Source of the DNA: Promethearchaeota archaeon
GTDB lineage: Archaea > Asgardarchaeota > Lokiarchaeia > Sigyniarchaeales > SOKP01
Assembly: GCA_029838195.1 (NCBI GenBank)
Contig: JALGVJ010000006.1
Span: 64,001 to 128,000 of the forward strand
DNA: 64,000 nucleotides
Direction: 5' to 3'
Below, piece by piece: positions 29,122-40,343 of this stretch (position 1 is the first letter of the stretch; each line of letters begins with the position of its first letter). The position numbers and the translations under genes are program-made. The notes beneath the pieces are model-generated. The model did no database searches. It was not told the DNA's origin and saw nothing but the letters and a program-made list of their open reading frames with translations.

Positions 29122-31404
29122 ATGGAAGGAAGCTCATTTAATAGCACTATAAAATTAAGAGTAGAACGGTTAGAAAAGAATCGCAGTGGAAGAAGGTTAT
29201 GCTACGTGGACCAAGCCGTCATGGAAGAATTAGGCTTAGTCACGGGAGATATCATCGAAATTATTGGAAAGAAAACCACGGCAGGTATTGCGGTAGCCAG
29301 CGTGGCGGACAGAGGTTCAAGAATCATAAAGTTAGACGGCATTCAGCGATTAAATGCGGGCGTGACCATTGGCGAGCTGGCAACCATACGAAAAGCAGAA
29401 GTATATCTCGCAGAAAGAGTGGTCTTAAGTCCTACAAAAGCAAATATTGATATTAAACGGCAAGCTGAAGCAATTAAAGCCAAATTGATTGATAAACCGG
29501 TAGTCACTGGAGATATCGTAGATATCGTGGGGACATTCACGATTCGCAAGTCAGAAGATGACCCCATGGAAGACTTAATGAAAATGATGCCTTTTTTCAG
29601 GGGTGGGAAAAGAGGTCCCACGCTCGGCACGTTAAGATTAGTAGTGGAAGAAACTTCCCCATCCGGGTGCGTGGTTAAGATTGATCGCAAGACCGTCATT
29701 AAAGTGACAAAAAAGGTCGTGCTCTTAAGTTCCTCAGGGGATGTTTACACTTACGACGATGTTGGAGGTTTAACGGAAGCCATTCAAAAAATTCGAGAAA
29801 TTATTGAACTTCCATTAAAACATCCGGAACTCTTTCAAAGATTAAATATAGAACCTCCAAAGGGCGTTTTGTTTACGGGGCCTCCTGGAACGGGAAAAAC
29901 ATTAATGGCAAAAGCCGTTTCTCAAGAATCTAATGCTAATTTTTTCACAATAAATGGTCCGGAAATTATGAGCAAGTTTTATGGAGCAAGTGAAGGAAAT
30001 TTACGGGCAATTTTCGAAAAAGCAGAGCGAAATGCACCCTCCATCATATTCATAGATGAAATTGACTCAATAGCTCCAAAGAGAGAAGAGATTACGGGAG
30101 AAGTGGAGCGGAGAGTTGTTGCTCAACTCTTGAGTTTAATGGATGGCTTGAAGGGAAGGGAAGACGTAATATGTATTGGAGCTACCAACCGAATTGATTC
30201 CCTCGACCCCGCACTTCGAAGACCGGGAAGATTTGATAGAGAAATCACGTTCGGAGTCCCTGATAGAACCGCCCGCAAGGAAATTTTTCAAATCCATACC
30301 CGTGGCATGCCTTTAAAAGAAGATGTCAATCTCGATAAGTATGCAGAAATCACGTATGGCTACGTGGGTGCCGACATCATGGCAGTTTGTAGAGAAGCAG
30401 CGATGTTTGCGTTGCGGAAAATCTTGCCCAAGATTGATCTTGATGAGCCAATTCCCAGCGAGATCATCCAAGAGCTAAAAATTTCGGACGAGGATTTCAT
30501 AAAAGCTATAAACATTATTAAGCCGAGTGCCATGAGGGAGATCATTATTGAAGTGCCGAATGTATCATGGGATGATATAGGAGGACTTCATGAAGTGAAA
30601 CAAGAGTTAATAGAAGCCGTTCAATGGCCATTAAACTATCCTCATCTTTTTAAAAAAGCCGGAATACGTCCGCTTAACGGCATCCTCTTATTTGGACCAC
30701 CCGGCTGTGGAAAAACGCTATTAGCGAAAGCTGTAGCCACGGAAAGCAAATCCAATTTCATATCGGTAAAAGGTCCCGAAATCTATTCCAAGTGGGTAGG
30801 GGAAAGTGAGAAAAGAATAAGAGAGATCTTCACGAAAGCACGACAAGTAGCGCCGGCGGTGATCTATTTCGATGAAATCGAAGCGTTAGCTTATGGAAGA
30901 GGATCAAATCAAGGATCTCACGTGTATGACTCCGTTATAAATCAACTATTAGTAGAATTAGATGGTATTGAAAACCGCAAGGGAGTGGTGGTAATTGCAA
31001 GCACCAACCGACCAGATATCGTGGATCCTGCCCTATTAAGGCCCGGACGTTTTGATCGCTTGGTTTTCGTGGAAGCTCCCAATTTAGAAGGAAGGGAAGA
31101 AATATTGAAAGTACACACTAAAAACATGCCCTTGGCGGAAGATGTTTCCCTTAAGAAAATAGCCTTGCTCACGGAAGGGTTTTCTGGCGCTGACATAGAA
31201 AATTTATGTCGCGAGGCGGGCATGAACGCGATTAGAAGGAAGATGGAGGATTTTGATAAAGTAGAGCTTCAAGATTTTGAAAAAGCGCTCTCTAAAATTA
31301 AATCCACCTTACCCAAAGAAGTCGTCGAGAGATACATTGAAATGGCGAAACAAATAACCAAATCTCGCAACATTGCCGAACCGAAGGCTGATTTATATCG
31401 ATAA
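29122..31404 (+). CDS. cdc48: Cdc48/VAT AAA+ ATPase with C-terminal HbYX motif
   Basis: N domain, two AAA modules ([16 protein letters not shown]; RPGRFDR twice), ends -LYR. Confidence 0.96.
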   Translation: MEGSSFNSTIKLRVERLEKNRSGRRLCYVDQAVMEELGLVTGDIIEIIGKKTTAGIAVASVADRGSRIIKLDGIQRLNAGVTIGELATIRKAEVYLAERVVLSPTKANIDIKRQAEAIKAKLIDKPVVTGDIVDIVGTFTIRKSEDDPMEDLMKMMPFFRGGKRGPTLGTLRLVVEETSPSGCVVKIDRKTVIKVTKKVVLLSSSGDVYTYDDVGGLTEAIQKIREIIELPLKHPELFQRLNIEPPKGVLFTGPPGTGKTLMAKAVSQESNANFFTINGPEIMSKFYGASEGNLRAIFEKAERNAPSIIFIDEIDSIAPKREEITGEVERRVVAQLLSLMDGLKGREDVICIGATNRIDSLDPALRRPGRFDREITFGVPDRTARKEIFQIHTRGMPLKEDVNLDKYAEITYGYVGADIMAVCREAAMFALRKILPKIDLDEPIPSEIIQELKISDEDFIKAINIIKPSAMREIIIEVPNVSWDDIGGLHEVKQELIEAVQWPLNYPHLFKKAGIRPLNGILLFGPPGCGKTLLAKAVATESKSNFISVKGPEIYSKWVGESEKRIREIFTKARQVAPAVIYFDEIEALAYGRGSNQGSHVYDSVINQLLVELDGIENRKGVVVIASTNRPDIVDPALLRPGRFDRLVFVEAPNLEGREEILKVHTKNMPLAEDVSLKKIALLTEGFSGADIENLCREAGMNAIRRKMEDFDKVELQDFEKALSKIKSTLPKEVVERYIEMAKQITKSRNIAEPKADLYR

Positions 31405-31662
31405 TTAGAGGATCTCATGTATATAATTCCGGGAGGGTTTTTTTCAAGAGTTCCAATAGGATTTCCTCACTTCATAAGTGTTGAATAGCGGAACTCTTAA
31501 GATTTTTCTATTTTGATCATAGTTCTCCATCACTAAATCCTCAGGGATTGCGGATTTAAAAATCCTGGAACTTTTTTCCGATTCAATTCAATTTAAAAGC
31601 TAGAGGAATCTAATATAAATATTAATAATGTTAAAATTAATGCAGGAAAAGTTAAAGAGAAA

Positions 31663-32868
31663 ATGAGTGAAATTAAAATAAATTGGGAAGGACATGTTCA
31701 AAAATATCAGCAAGCCATGGAAGAGCTGAATTTAGATTTTTGCGTGCTCACGCGAGTAAAATCCATAACCTATTTAACGGGATGTTTTGTTCCTTGGAAA
31801 AGTTATATTTTCTTACCAAAAGAAGGACACGGGCTCCCGATCTTATATACGGTATTGTTAGATGTGGAACGAATCAAGGCAGAAAAGCAATCAAATATCG
31901 AAATCCAAGGTTGGGGCCCCATGAAAGGATTTTTTTGGGAAAAAAAAATGCAATCGGCGGCTAAAAAAGCCGGCGTGTATGAACCGAAAGGAAGAACCCC
32001 ACGAATCGGTGTGGAACAGGGATTGGATATTTGCGTGACTGGTCAATTGATTTCTTTAACGGAAGCACGACTTTTAGAAAAAATGTTTCCCGGCTGTGAA
32101 TTAGTAGATTTTAATGAAAAAACCGAACGAATTCAATTGATCAAGGAACCAGAAGAAATTGCCATGTTAAGAAAAGCAAGTGAAATCACGGATATTGGCC
32201 ATGAAGCCGTTAAAAAAGCATTAAGCGAGCGCCCTCCTCAAAAAAAATTCACGGAAAATGAGATTGCCGGTATTGGCACATTAGCCATGAGAAAAGCTGG
32301 CAGCAATTATGAATGGACGTTCACGGGAAATCAAGAAATAGCCTCAGGATATCGAGCGAGCTGGACATTTAACGGATGTACGCCAGCAACCAATAAAATC
32401 GTGGAAGAAGGAGAATCCTTATTAGTGGATCTTCATAGCGAATACGGATGTTATTTAGGAGATTTGAGCCATAATTACCTGCTTGGAACGTGTCCGCCGG
32501 CACTGAAGAAATTCAATGAAGTTTATGAGCAAGTATGTCATGCGCTCTTTGAAAACATGTATCCTGGCAATACTTTTGAAAACTGCTATCAAGAGGTAAG
32601 AAAAGTGGCAGAAAAAGAAGGCTTCGGAAATGATCTATTTTTCGGTTTAGGGCATTCCTTAGGATGCATAGGAAACGAATCTTGGCCCATGGTTCTGCCG
32701 GGAAAGGATTGGGGATCCATGATTTTTGAAGAGAACATGGTGGAAGTAGCTGCCGTGGTATTTAATCGCCCGGGTTTAGGAGGGCTGCGATTAGAGGCGC
32801 CCACGCTCATCACGAAAAATGGCTCAGAAATGCTTCCCAAAACACCCGTCGAAGTAGACTATGTTTAA
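31663..32868 (+). CDS. M24 peptidase / creatinase-fold protein with a divergent active site
   Basis: IKEPEEIAMLRKA, VDL...YLGDLS, GHSLG, GLRLE. Confidence 0.8.
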   Translation: MSEIKINWEGHVQKYQQAMEELNLDFCVLTRVKSITYLTGCFVPWKSYIFLPKEGHGLPILYTVLLDVERIKAEKQSNIEIQGWGPMKGFFWEKKMQSAAKKAGVYEPKGRTPRIGVEQGLDICVTGQLISLTEARLLEKMFPGCELVDFNEKTERIQLIKEPEEIAMLRKASEITDIGHEAVKKALSERPPQKKFTENEIAGIGTLAMRKAGSNYEWTFTGNQEIASGYRASWTFNGCTPATNKIVEEGESLLVDLHSEYGCYLGDLSHNYLLGTCPPALKKFNEVYEQVCHALFENMYPGNTFENCYQEVRKVAEKEGFGNDLFFGLGHSLGCIGNESWPMVLPGKDWGSMIFEENMVEVAAVVFNRPGLGGLRLEAPTLITKNGSEMLPKTPVEVDYV

Positions 32869-32903
32869 GCAATTTAAACATGAAAAATGGCGATTTCTAA
32901 ATC

Positions 32904-34043
32904 ATGAAATTAAATAAGTGGTTGGAGAGGGATTTAATAGCAATTTTACGGGATTTGGTAAAAATAAATACGGAAAATCCCCCCGGAACCACGAAGGAGA
33001 TCATTACTTATTTGATAGAAAACGTGTTCGACGAGGACTTGGGGTTTCAAAATGAAATTTTTTCCTATAAAAAAGGAGGGACCGAATTACATGATTTAAT
33101 CACATCAATAGGGTCGGGAGAAAAAAAAATTATTTTATGTGGTCATTTTGACGTGGTTCCTACAGGAGAGGTTTCTGAATGGAAATTTCCTCCCTTTTCT
33201 GCCCATATCGAGGGAGATCTCATGTATGGACGAGGTACTTCTGATATGAAAGGGGGAATTGCTATGTTCTTATGGGTCATGAAAAGTTTAATGGAAAATA
33301 CACGGTTTTTGGAAAAATATACCGTGGTATTTGCGGGGACAGCAGATGAAGAGTTAGGAATGACAGGATCATATAAATTAAGAAAAAAAAAGGTGATGAA
33401 CGATGCGATCTTATTGGTAGTGGGAGAACCTACTTCCTTGGACGTGGGCATCGCTGAAAAGGGGGTGTCTTGGCTCAGGTTAACTCTAAAAGGAAAGGCT
33501 GCTCATAGCTCCATGCCTGAAAAAGGAATAAATTCCATTGAATGTGCGGCAAGATTAATTCCAAGGTTACATCAATGTTTAGGAGGGAAATTGAATCCCA
33601 TTCTTGGTAAATCTTCTTTAAATATTGGCAAGATCGAAGGAGGGAATGTCATAAACGTGGTGCCCGCAAGAACTTCCTTATATTTAGATTATAGATTAAT
33701 CCCCGAAGAATCCGCGCAAGATTTGGCAGAAAAAATTAAAAAAATTGACGTGAAACCTTGTAGTATGGAAATTCAAGTATTAAGCGAATTACCTGCCCTT
33801 TATACTGATCCTAATGAGCCAATCATTAAAAATTTACAAGAAACTTTAGAGACCAAGATAATTGGTCTCCCTTATGCTACGGATGGCGCACGTTTAATTG
33901 ACTCGGCCCGCCCCATTCCTTTTATGATATTTGGTCCGGGTAATCCCGATGTCATTCATAAAATTAATGAAAGCATACATATCCACGATATTTTTAAAGG
34001 TGCTGATGCCCTGACGAGAGCTCTTCTGAAAACTTACACCTAA
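32904..34043 (+). CDS. M20 metallopeptidase, ArgE/DapE family
   Basis: GHFDVVP, GRGTSDMKGG, DEE, GEPT, GKAAHSS, GPG...H. Confidence 0.92.
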   Translation: MKLNKWLERDLIAILRDLVKINTENPPGTTKEIITYLIENVFDEDLGFQNEIFSYKKGGTELHDLITSIGSGEKKIILCGHFDVVPTGEVSEWKFPPFSAHIEGDLMYGRGTSDMKGGIAMFLWVMKSLMENTRFLEKYTVVFAGTADEELGMTGSYKLRKKKVMNDAILLVVGEPTSLDVGIAEKGVSWLRLTLKGKAAHSSMPEKGINSIECAARLIPRLHQCLGGKLNPILGKSSLNIGKIEGGNVINVVPARTSLYLDYRLIPEESAQDLAEKIKKIDVKPCSMEIQVLSELPALYTDPNEPIIKNLQETLETKIIGLPYATDGARLIDSARPIPFMIFGPGNPDVIHKINESIHIHDIFKGADALTRALLKTYT

Positions 34044-34067
34044 TAAGTTTATTTTTACTAATTACTT

Positions 34068-35219
34068 TTAAAGAGTTTTTAAAAAATCTTCAATTCGGTT
34101 CATGGCTTCCTCCAGATTCTGCAAGCTCGTAGCATAGGATAGCCGCAACAAGTCATTTGAAAAGCTTCCAAAAATATCTCCAGGAACGATGGCTACTCCT
34201 TTTTCTTTTATCAATTTTTGCGAAAATTTAGAAGCGGACATGTTAAAAGGCTTCACGGAGGGCATGATATAAAATGCTCCTTTAGGTTTCATGACGCGAA
34301 ATCCCAATTCTTCAAGTCTCGAATGAACATAATCTCTACGTTTTTCGAATTCCTTCAAAATCTTATCAAAAAAAGAAGGATCCATTTTTAAGGCTTCAAT
34401 AAAACCATATTGCGCCGCATGATTCGTTCCTGCCACCGTGTATTGATGATATGTTTCCATTAAATCCATGATCTCCTTCCTCGCAACGACATATCCTAAT
34501 CTAAATCCCGTTGCGCTAAACATTTTGCTCATTGCATTGATCGTGATGGTTCTATCAAACATTTCCTCGTGTGAAGCTGGGCTCACGTGCTTGAGTCCAT
34601 CATATAAATAATTTTCATACACCTCATCACTAATTAAATAGAGATCGTGTTCTAACACGAAGTCCATGATGGCTTTTAATTCTTTTTCATTAAGTGCATA
34701 TCCGGTGGGATTATTTGGAGAGTTAATCAAGATGGCTTTCGTTTTTTCCGTGATTGTCTTTCTCATTTGCTCAAGATTAATGCTAAAATCGTCATTTCTC
34801 TCGATTTCAATCGCCTTGACTCCAAAAAACGCACTGCAATAAAAATAAGAAACGAAATTTGGCGAAGAAAGTAATAGTTCATCTCCGGGATTAAACACGG
34901 ACGCCATGGCAAGCGTGATAGCTTGGCTTCCACCATTAGTTACCATAATATTCTCTTTCCAATGGGCATCAATATTATTTCGTTTTCTTATTCTTTGTTC
35001 TATTAATTGAAGTAATTCCGGAACTCCCCGCGTGGGAGCATACATGGTAATTTTATTTTTTAAGGCTCGCATGTTTCCCTCGATGGCGGGCGCTGGTGTT
35101 TCGAAATCAGGCTGCCCAATACCCAGACTAATGATGTCCGTACGACCCGCAGCTAAATCAAATAATTCTCGTATTTTTGATTTGGGTGTTTGAGAAATTA
35201 TTCGGGATAATTCTTTCAT
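34068..35219 (-). CDS. Class I/II PLP aminotransferase (aspartate/aromatic)
   Basis: GQPDF, NSPNNPTG, SDEVY, SKMFSATGFRLG. Confidence 0.93.
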   Translation of the reverse strand: MKELSRIISQTPKSKIRELFDLAAGRTDIISLGIGQPDFETPAPAIEGNMRALKNKITMYAPTRGVPELLQLIEQRIRKRNNIDAHWKENIMVTNGGSQAITLAMASVFNPGDELLLSSPNFVSYFYCSAFFGVKAIEIERNDDFSINLEQMRKTITEKTKAILINSPNNPTGYALNEKELKAIMDFVLEHDLYLISDEVYENYLYDGLKHVSPASHEEMFDRTITINAMSKMFSATGFRLGYVVARKEIMDLMETYHQYTVAGTNHAAQYGFIEALKMDPSFFDKILKEFEKRRDYVHSRLEELGFRVMKPKGAFYIMPSVKPFNMSASKFSQKLIKEKGVAIVPGDIFGSFSNDLLRLSYATSLQNLEEAMNRIEDFLKTL

Positions 35220-35358
35220 GAGTTCACTCCTACCGTTAATTTTTCATGAGGAAAATTTCATTTCTTTAATTTGGAAAAATGAATGATGAAACTTTAATAC
35301 GAATGAACAAGAAGATTTCTATTAAAACTTTGGGAAAAATGCGTTAGCGGCCCCCTGA

Positions 35359-35916
35359 TCATAATTTAATTACCTCTCCTTTTAACAAGAGGATTTGTTT
35401 TACCAACTTTTCGAATGCTTCCTCAACATTATCACCATATTTAGCGCTGGTTTCCACGAAGTCACTGGCTTGAATGTCCTGCGCTAACTTTTTTCCTTGT
35501 TCCGTCGTAATGACGCGCAAATCTTTTAGATCTATTTTATTACCAATCAAGATAAAAGCCGCTTCTTTTTTCACGAATTTATTAAAATCTCGCAACCACT
35601 TTGAAGTAATATTTTCAAAAGTAATAGGCCGTGTAATATCATATACTAATAACGCTCCTGAACAACCTTGAAAATACATGGAACGAATAGCATTATATTT
35701 TTCTTGCCCTGCAATATCCCAAATGATTAACCGAACGTTTGCATTCATTTTTTCTAAAAATACATCTTTTCGAATGATATTTGCTCCTAAAGTCGGCCTG
35801 TAATCTTCGGAAAAACTCTCATCAATGTATTGATTAATCAAGCTCGTTTTACCGACTGCAGAATCTCCCAGAAGGATGAGCTTGAACACGAATTCTTTAG
35901 TTTCTTCTACGGTCAT
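35359..35916 (-). CDS. Rab-like small GTPase
   Basis: GDSAVGKTS, WDIAGQEKY, LLVYDIT, GNKID, ETSAK. Confidence 0.95.
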   Translation of the reverse strand: MTVEETKEFVFKLILLGDSAVGKTSLINQYIDESFSEDYRPTLGANIIRKDVFLEKMNANVRLIIWDIAGQEKYNAIRSMYFQGCSGALLVYDITRPITFENITSKWLRDFNKFVKKEAAFILIGNKIDLKDLRVITTEQGKKLAQDIQASDFVETSAKYGDNVEEAFEKLVKQILLLKGEVIKL

Positions 35917-35994
35917 GAGAAGGGCCTTTTTCGGATTATAATTAAATTTAAGTTCTTTTTCTATTTAAAAGTACTATTTTTTTTTTATTAATGG

Positions 35995-36576
35995 TTATTC
36001 AATTTTTAACTTGATATAAATCGTATCTTGAGAACGAGATTCCTTATTTATTGCAATCTTGTTTATAGGCATGAAAATAATCTTTTTTTCAGGTGATAAC
36101 GTTTTTTCTAAGGAATTAATTAAAAATCCCTTAATTAAATCACAAATTTCATGGGAATTGGAACAAAACACGCAATTTTTAAGAAGCAAATGGATTTCAT
36201 TTTTAGTATTTTTAATAATTTTAAGACTCCAATCCGTTTGAATTAATTGGTTGAGTTCTTCAATCGTATCTTCAAAAGAATTGCCAAAAGGAAATAAATA
36301 AAAAGAAAATTTTTTTCCAATCAAGAAAAGCAATTCATGGGTTTGAAATAACAAGATATTTTGAGCGGAAATTATTTTTTTAAAAGAATCTAATTTCATG
36401 AGCCCCCTTGGATTTAAGGACGTTAAATCGGAGAGAGATTCCATGTTTGCTTCTCTTAAGATGGAACGCATTCCATCCTCATCTAGCAGTTCATAATAAG
36501 CTTGAAGCAAGGCTCTTACTATTCGATTTCCAACTAAATCCTTAGAGTTTTCATTCAATCTGAGGTACTCCTTCAT
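35995..36576 (-). CDS. V4R-like protein
   Basis: NRIVRALL...GMRSILREA N-terminus; CVFC...ICDLIKGFL motif. Confidence 0.6.
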   Translation of the reverse strand: MKEYLRLNENSKDLVGNRIVRALLQAYYELLDEDGMRSILREANMESLSDLTSLNPRGLMKLDSFKKIISAQNILLFQTHELLFLIGKKFSFYLFPFGNSFEDTIEELNQLIQTDWSLKIIKNTKNEIHLLLKNCVFCSNSHEICDLIKGFLINSLEKTLSPEKKIIFMPINKIAINKESRSQDTIYIKLKIE

Positions 36577-36898
36577 GTGTCTTCTTAAATGGATATAACA
36601 TAGTACTTAATTATGAAGCATATTGGAAGTGAAGGTCACGTGCTTTTAATTCATCGTTGATCGGAATGCGTGGTATTATATTTAAGTGAATGGAATCATG
36701 AACAATTGAGAAAAGCATGCTTGTTCTCATTAAAGATTTTATAGAATTAGTGTAAGTAATAGAAAATCTTATTGGAATCCATGCTTCTAAAGGATACCAT
36801 TTTTAAATATTCAACCTTCTTGTATTTAATTCCCTCTTATATTCATAAGTATTATTAGGTTTTATTCTGATTATAAATTTTTTCCTTTAATAAAGATT

Positions 36899-37330
36899 TT
36901 AATTTAAGTCCAAGAGATAAGCATCTTGTTCAAGGTCATGGGTACGTGTTATGATTTGATTGATTTCAAAAATATATACTTCGGCGGTGACGGAAACCCT
37001 ACTCGGTCGACTCAGGTGACCGCCTTTCATCCCATAGCCCTCCATTCCAATGGCAACGTGAAGGTGAATCACGGGTTCTCCATTCTTGAAGGATATATTA
37101 CCCAAACAAGAGATTAATTCAATATTTTCATAAAATGTTTTATACCTGTACCGTTTTTGGTCAAGATCGAAATATCCTATAGTTGTAATATTTAGAGCTC
37201 CGATAACGCTAATGAATCCTGCTTTAATTTCATGCCTTTTAACCATTTCCGTAATAGCATCTATTACATCCTCTCCAGGCATGATTCTTCCTACAAATGC
37301 CCGTCCTATTGTTGTTTCTAAACTTTTCAT
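36899..37330 (-). CDS. PPC/DUF296 domain protein
   Basis: RIMPGEDV, ELISCLGNI, HLHV, GGHL, TAEV. Confidence 0.9.
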   Translation of the reverse strand: MKSLETTIGRAFVGRIMPGEDVIDAITEMVKRHEIKAGFISVIGALNITTIGYFDLDQKRYRYKTFYENIELISCLGNISFKNGEPVIHLHVAIGMEGYGMKGGHLSRPSRVSVTAEVYIFEINQIITRTHDLEQDAYLLDLN

Positions 37331-37415
37331 GGATAAAAAATTTACTTGCTATCTTCTCATGCGATTTTTTATTAACTATATGCTTAAATAAGAAAATTCA
37401 TGAATTTAAATATAT

Positions 37416-39926
37416 ATGAATGCAAGAAAAAATGAACTCCATCCGATCCATTATAAAATTCATTTAGAATTCGATTTAAGGGAAGAGCATCATTTTAACG
37501 GGCGTACGGAATTATTGCTCAATTCAGAACGTCCTACAAGTCAGATTATCCTAAATATCGAGAATTTAGCAATTTGGAGTTGTACACTTAAAAAGAAAGG
37601 GGAAATGAAAACTTGTTCTTTTAGAGTAAATCCTTCTAAACAAGAACTTCAAATCATTTTACCGGAAAAGATGAAAAAGGAATTTAGCATTCGCATTGAA
37701 TACATGGGAAAATATAGTCCGGATTTGCTAGGAATATATCGATGTAAGTACAAGCATGAAAACACAGAACAATACATGATCTCCACGCAATTTGAAGAAC
37801 ATTTTGCCCGAAGAGCTTTTCCTTGCTTCGATCATCCCTCAAAAAAAGCTACCTTTGAGATAGAATTTGTTATTGATAAAGATTTAGTTGGAATCTCAAA
37901 TACTAAGATAAAACATGAACACGTGCTTAAAAACCGAAAAAAACTCGTGGTGTTCGAAAAAACGCCAAAAATGTGCACGTATTTACTGTATTTCGGAGTG
38001 GGTCATTTAGAATTTCTTGAAGATGAATCGGGAAAACATCTCGTACGAGTTGTTTCCACGCCAGGAAAATCCAAACACGGTACATTTGCCTTGGATATTG
38101 CAAAAAAATCTTTAGAGTTCATGGAAAAATTCACGAGATTGGCATATCCCCTCTCTAAATGTGATCTAATTGGCGTGCCCGATTTTCCTTTTGGAGCCAT
38201 GGAAAATTGGGGCTCTATTGCTTATAGAGAGACCTTTCTATTTTTATATCCTGAGTTTACTTCAAATCGGATAAAAATATTAATTGCGGAAATAACGGCT
38301 CATGAAATTTCTCATTTCTGGTTTGGCGATTTGGTAAGTCCTCATGATTGGAAAGATATCTGGTTAAATGAATCCTTTGCTTCTTATTTTACACTTGCCA
38401 TTCCTTCAGAATATTTTCCAGAATGGCGTTCTTGGGAATTTTTCCTCATTGAAGTTTATTCCCCCGCTTTAGAGCGAGATGGCCTCATTGAAACTTTTGC
38501 CGTCGAATTACCGGGCGATGTGAAAGGGTTCGCAAGTCCTGCGAAAACGGATATCGTATATAAGAAAGGAGCGTCTATCTTGCGCATGTTGGAAGGTTTT
38601 TTAGGAGAACTTCCTTTTCGAAAAGGAATTAATCATTTTCTAAAAAAATATCAATTTGTCTCAGCAAACACGACTCAATATTGGGAAAGCTTTGAAGAAG
38701 CTACCGGAGAACCGGTAAAAGAATTTGCAGAAAGTTGGATTCATCAAGCCGGATATCCCCTCCTCCACGTCAAGCGAGAGAAAAATCTTTTAATTTTAGA
38801 GCAAGAGGTATTTACCTATTTACCTTGCAAGAATGAGAGAATTTGGATGATTCCAATAGAAATACTACTTTTCCTCGATAATGGAAATACCAAAAAAATT
38901 TCACATCTCATGTCAGATAGAACATTGCATCTTAAAATCCCTAAGGAAACCTCTTGCTTTAAATTAAACGTGGAACAAAAAGGATTTTATCGCGTAAAAT
39001 ATGAAAAAAAAAATTTAGAACAGTTAGGAGAATTTATAAAACAGGGGAAACTAAGTGCGATAGAGAAACATGGAATTGAAAATGATTTATTTGCTCTTTT
39101 AAAAAGAGGAGATTATTCTCTCGCCGAATATCTGGAGTACCTTTCAAAGTATTTTCTTCAAGAGGAAGAATTCTTACCTTTAATGAGCATTAATCCTCAT
39201 CTTTTGTATTTACATTTAATTATAAATTCACGGGATGAAGAAATTCGAGAAGTCATAAATAAAATTTATTCTATATGGTTCAACAAATTTGGAATTTTTC
39301 CTAAAGATTCACAATCAGAACCCCTTCATCAGAAAATTATACGAGAGGCTTTCCTTTGGAACGCATATTTCATGAAAAATGAAGAAGTTAAGGAAATGGG
39401 AGAAAACTTATTTAAAAAAGCATTAAACGGTGAAAAGATCGACCCTGATTTAGTTTCAAGCGTTTACAAGATTGGTGCGGCAACTCATCATGAGGCAATG
39501 AATTTCTTTTTGAAAAAAATATTCTCCCCTGAAACGTCCGAAATTGAAAAATTGTACATTTTAGAGGCATTAGGATGTTTTGATCAAGAAAAAAGAATCA
39601 AGGAAGCGTTCAAACTCACGATAAAACACGTCCCCTCTTCCAGTCGCCATTATGTTTTTAACTCAATGGGAAGAAATCCCATTGCCTTGAAACTAATATG
39701 GGATTTATTTTTAAAATATCAGGACGAATTGAAAAAAGAAGGACCTTTAAGCTATTCTCGAGCTCTAGTTTCCTTAATTCCGACCGCAGGATTATTCCAT
39801 GAAAAAGAAGTAAAAGAGTTTCTTGAAGCAGAATTAAAAAATAAAGATCCTTCCTCTGAGGACACTATTAAAATGACCATGGAATTGTTAGAAATAAATT
39901 TAAATCTTCGAAGAAGGAATGAATGA
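37416..39926 (+). CDS. M1 family aminopeptidase (puromycin-sensitive/tricorn-factor type)
   Basis: TQFE..ARRAFPCFD, GAMENWG, HEISH-x18-E, YKKGAS. Confidence 0.95.
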   Translation: MNARKNELHPIHYKIHLEFDLREEHHFNGRTELLLNSERPTSQIILNIENLAIWSCTLKKKGEMKTCSFRVNPSKQELQIILPEKMKKEFSIRIEYMGKYSPDLLGIYRCKYKHENTEQYMISTQFEEHFARRAFPCFDHPSKKATFEIEFVIDKDLVGISNTKIKHEHVLKNRKKLVVFEKTPKMCTYLLYFGVGHLEFLEDESGKHLVRVVSTPGKSKHGTFALDIAKKSLEFMEKFTRLAYPLSKCDLIGVPDFPFGAMENWGSIAYRETFLFLYPEFTSNRIKILIAEITAHEISHFWFGDLVSPHDWKDIWLNESFASYFTLAIPSEYFPEWRSWEFFLIEVYSPALERDGLIETFAVELPGDVKGFASPAKTDIVYKKGASILRMLEGFLGELPFRKGINHFLKKYQFVSANTTQYWESFEEATGEPVKEFAESWIHQAGYPLLHVKREKNLLILEQEVFTYLPCKNERIWMIPIEILLFLDNGNTKKISHLMSDRTLHLKIPKETSCFKLNVEQKGFYRVKYEKKNLEQLGEFIKQGKLSAIEKHGIENDLFALLKRGDYSLAEYLEYLSKYFLQEEEFLPLMSINPHLLYLHLIINSRDEEIREVINKIYSIWFNKFGIFPKDSQSEPLHQKIIREAFLWNAYFMKNEEVKEMGENLFKKALNGEKIDPDLVSSVYKIGAATHHEAMNFFLKKIFSPETSEIEKLYILEALGCFDQEKRIKEAFKLTIKHVPSSSRHYVFNSMGRNPIALKLIWDLFLKYQDELKKEGPLSYSRALVSLIPTAGLFHEKEVKEFLEAELKNKDPSSEDTIKMTMELLEINLNLRRRNE

Positions 39927-40343
39927 ATAAATAAATAAAATTTTTTAGAAGTTTGGTTTTTTTAAATTAATTTATCCCATGTTTGGGCATCCTCATTCAT
40001 GTTAACTAAAAAACGTCGAGAACTTGTTATTTATTCATATATGGAACTCCCACAAACACACAATTCCGAGAAATGAAAAAACCTTAAATCCTTTTTTAAT
40101 CTCATGTGACTAACATTTAGTCATACTGCATCATGAAGAAAGATTTTCTTATTTTCGATTATTTTATCATCAAAATCTTACCTTGAATCATGTTTAAGTT
40201 ATTTTAAAAAGAAGTAAAATAGTGCAACTTTAGATTTTAACTTAGTAGAAAACAAAAGAAATAAAAAATAAAATAAGAATGAAAAAACAATGCTAAATTT
40301 TAATAAATAATACACGTATCTAAACAGAAAATATAAAACAAAT

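Noticed and set aside
39964-40105. Minus-strand protein-like fragment MRLKKDLRFFHFSELCVCGSS...*...
   Set aside because: Short, interrupted by TAA and with no recognisable family; cannot be supported as a pseudogene.
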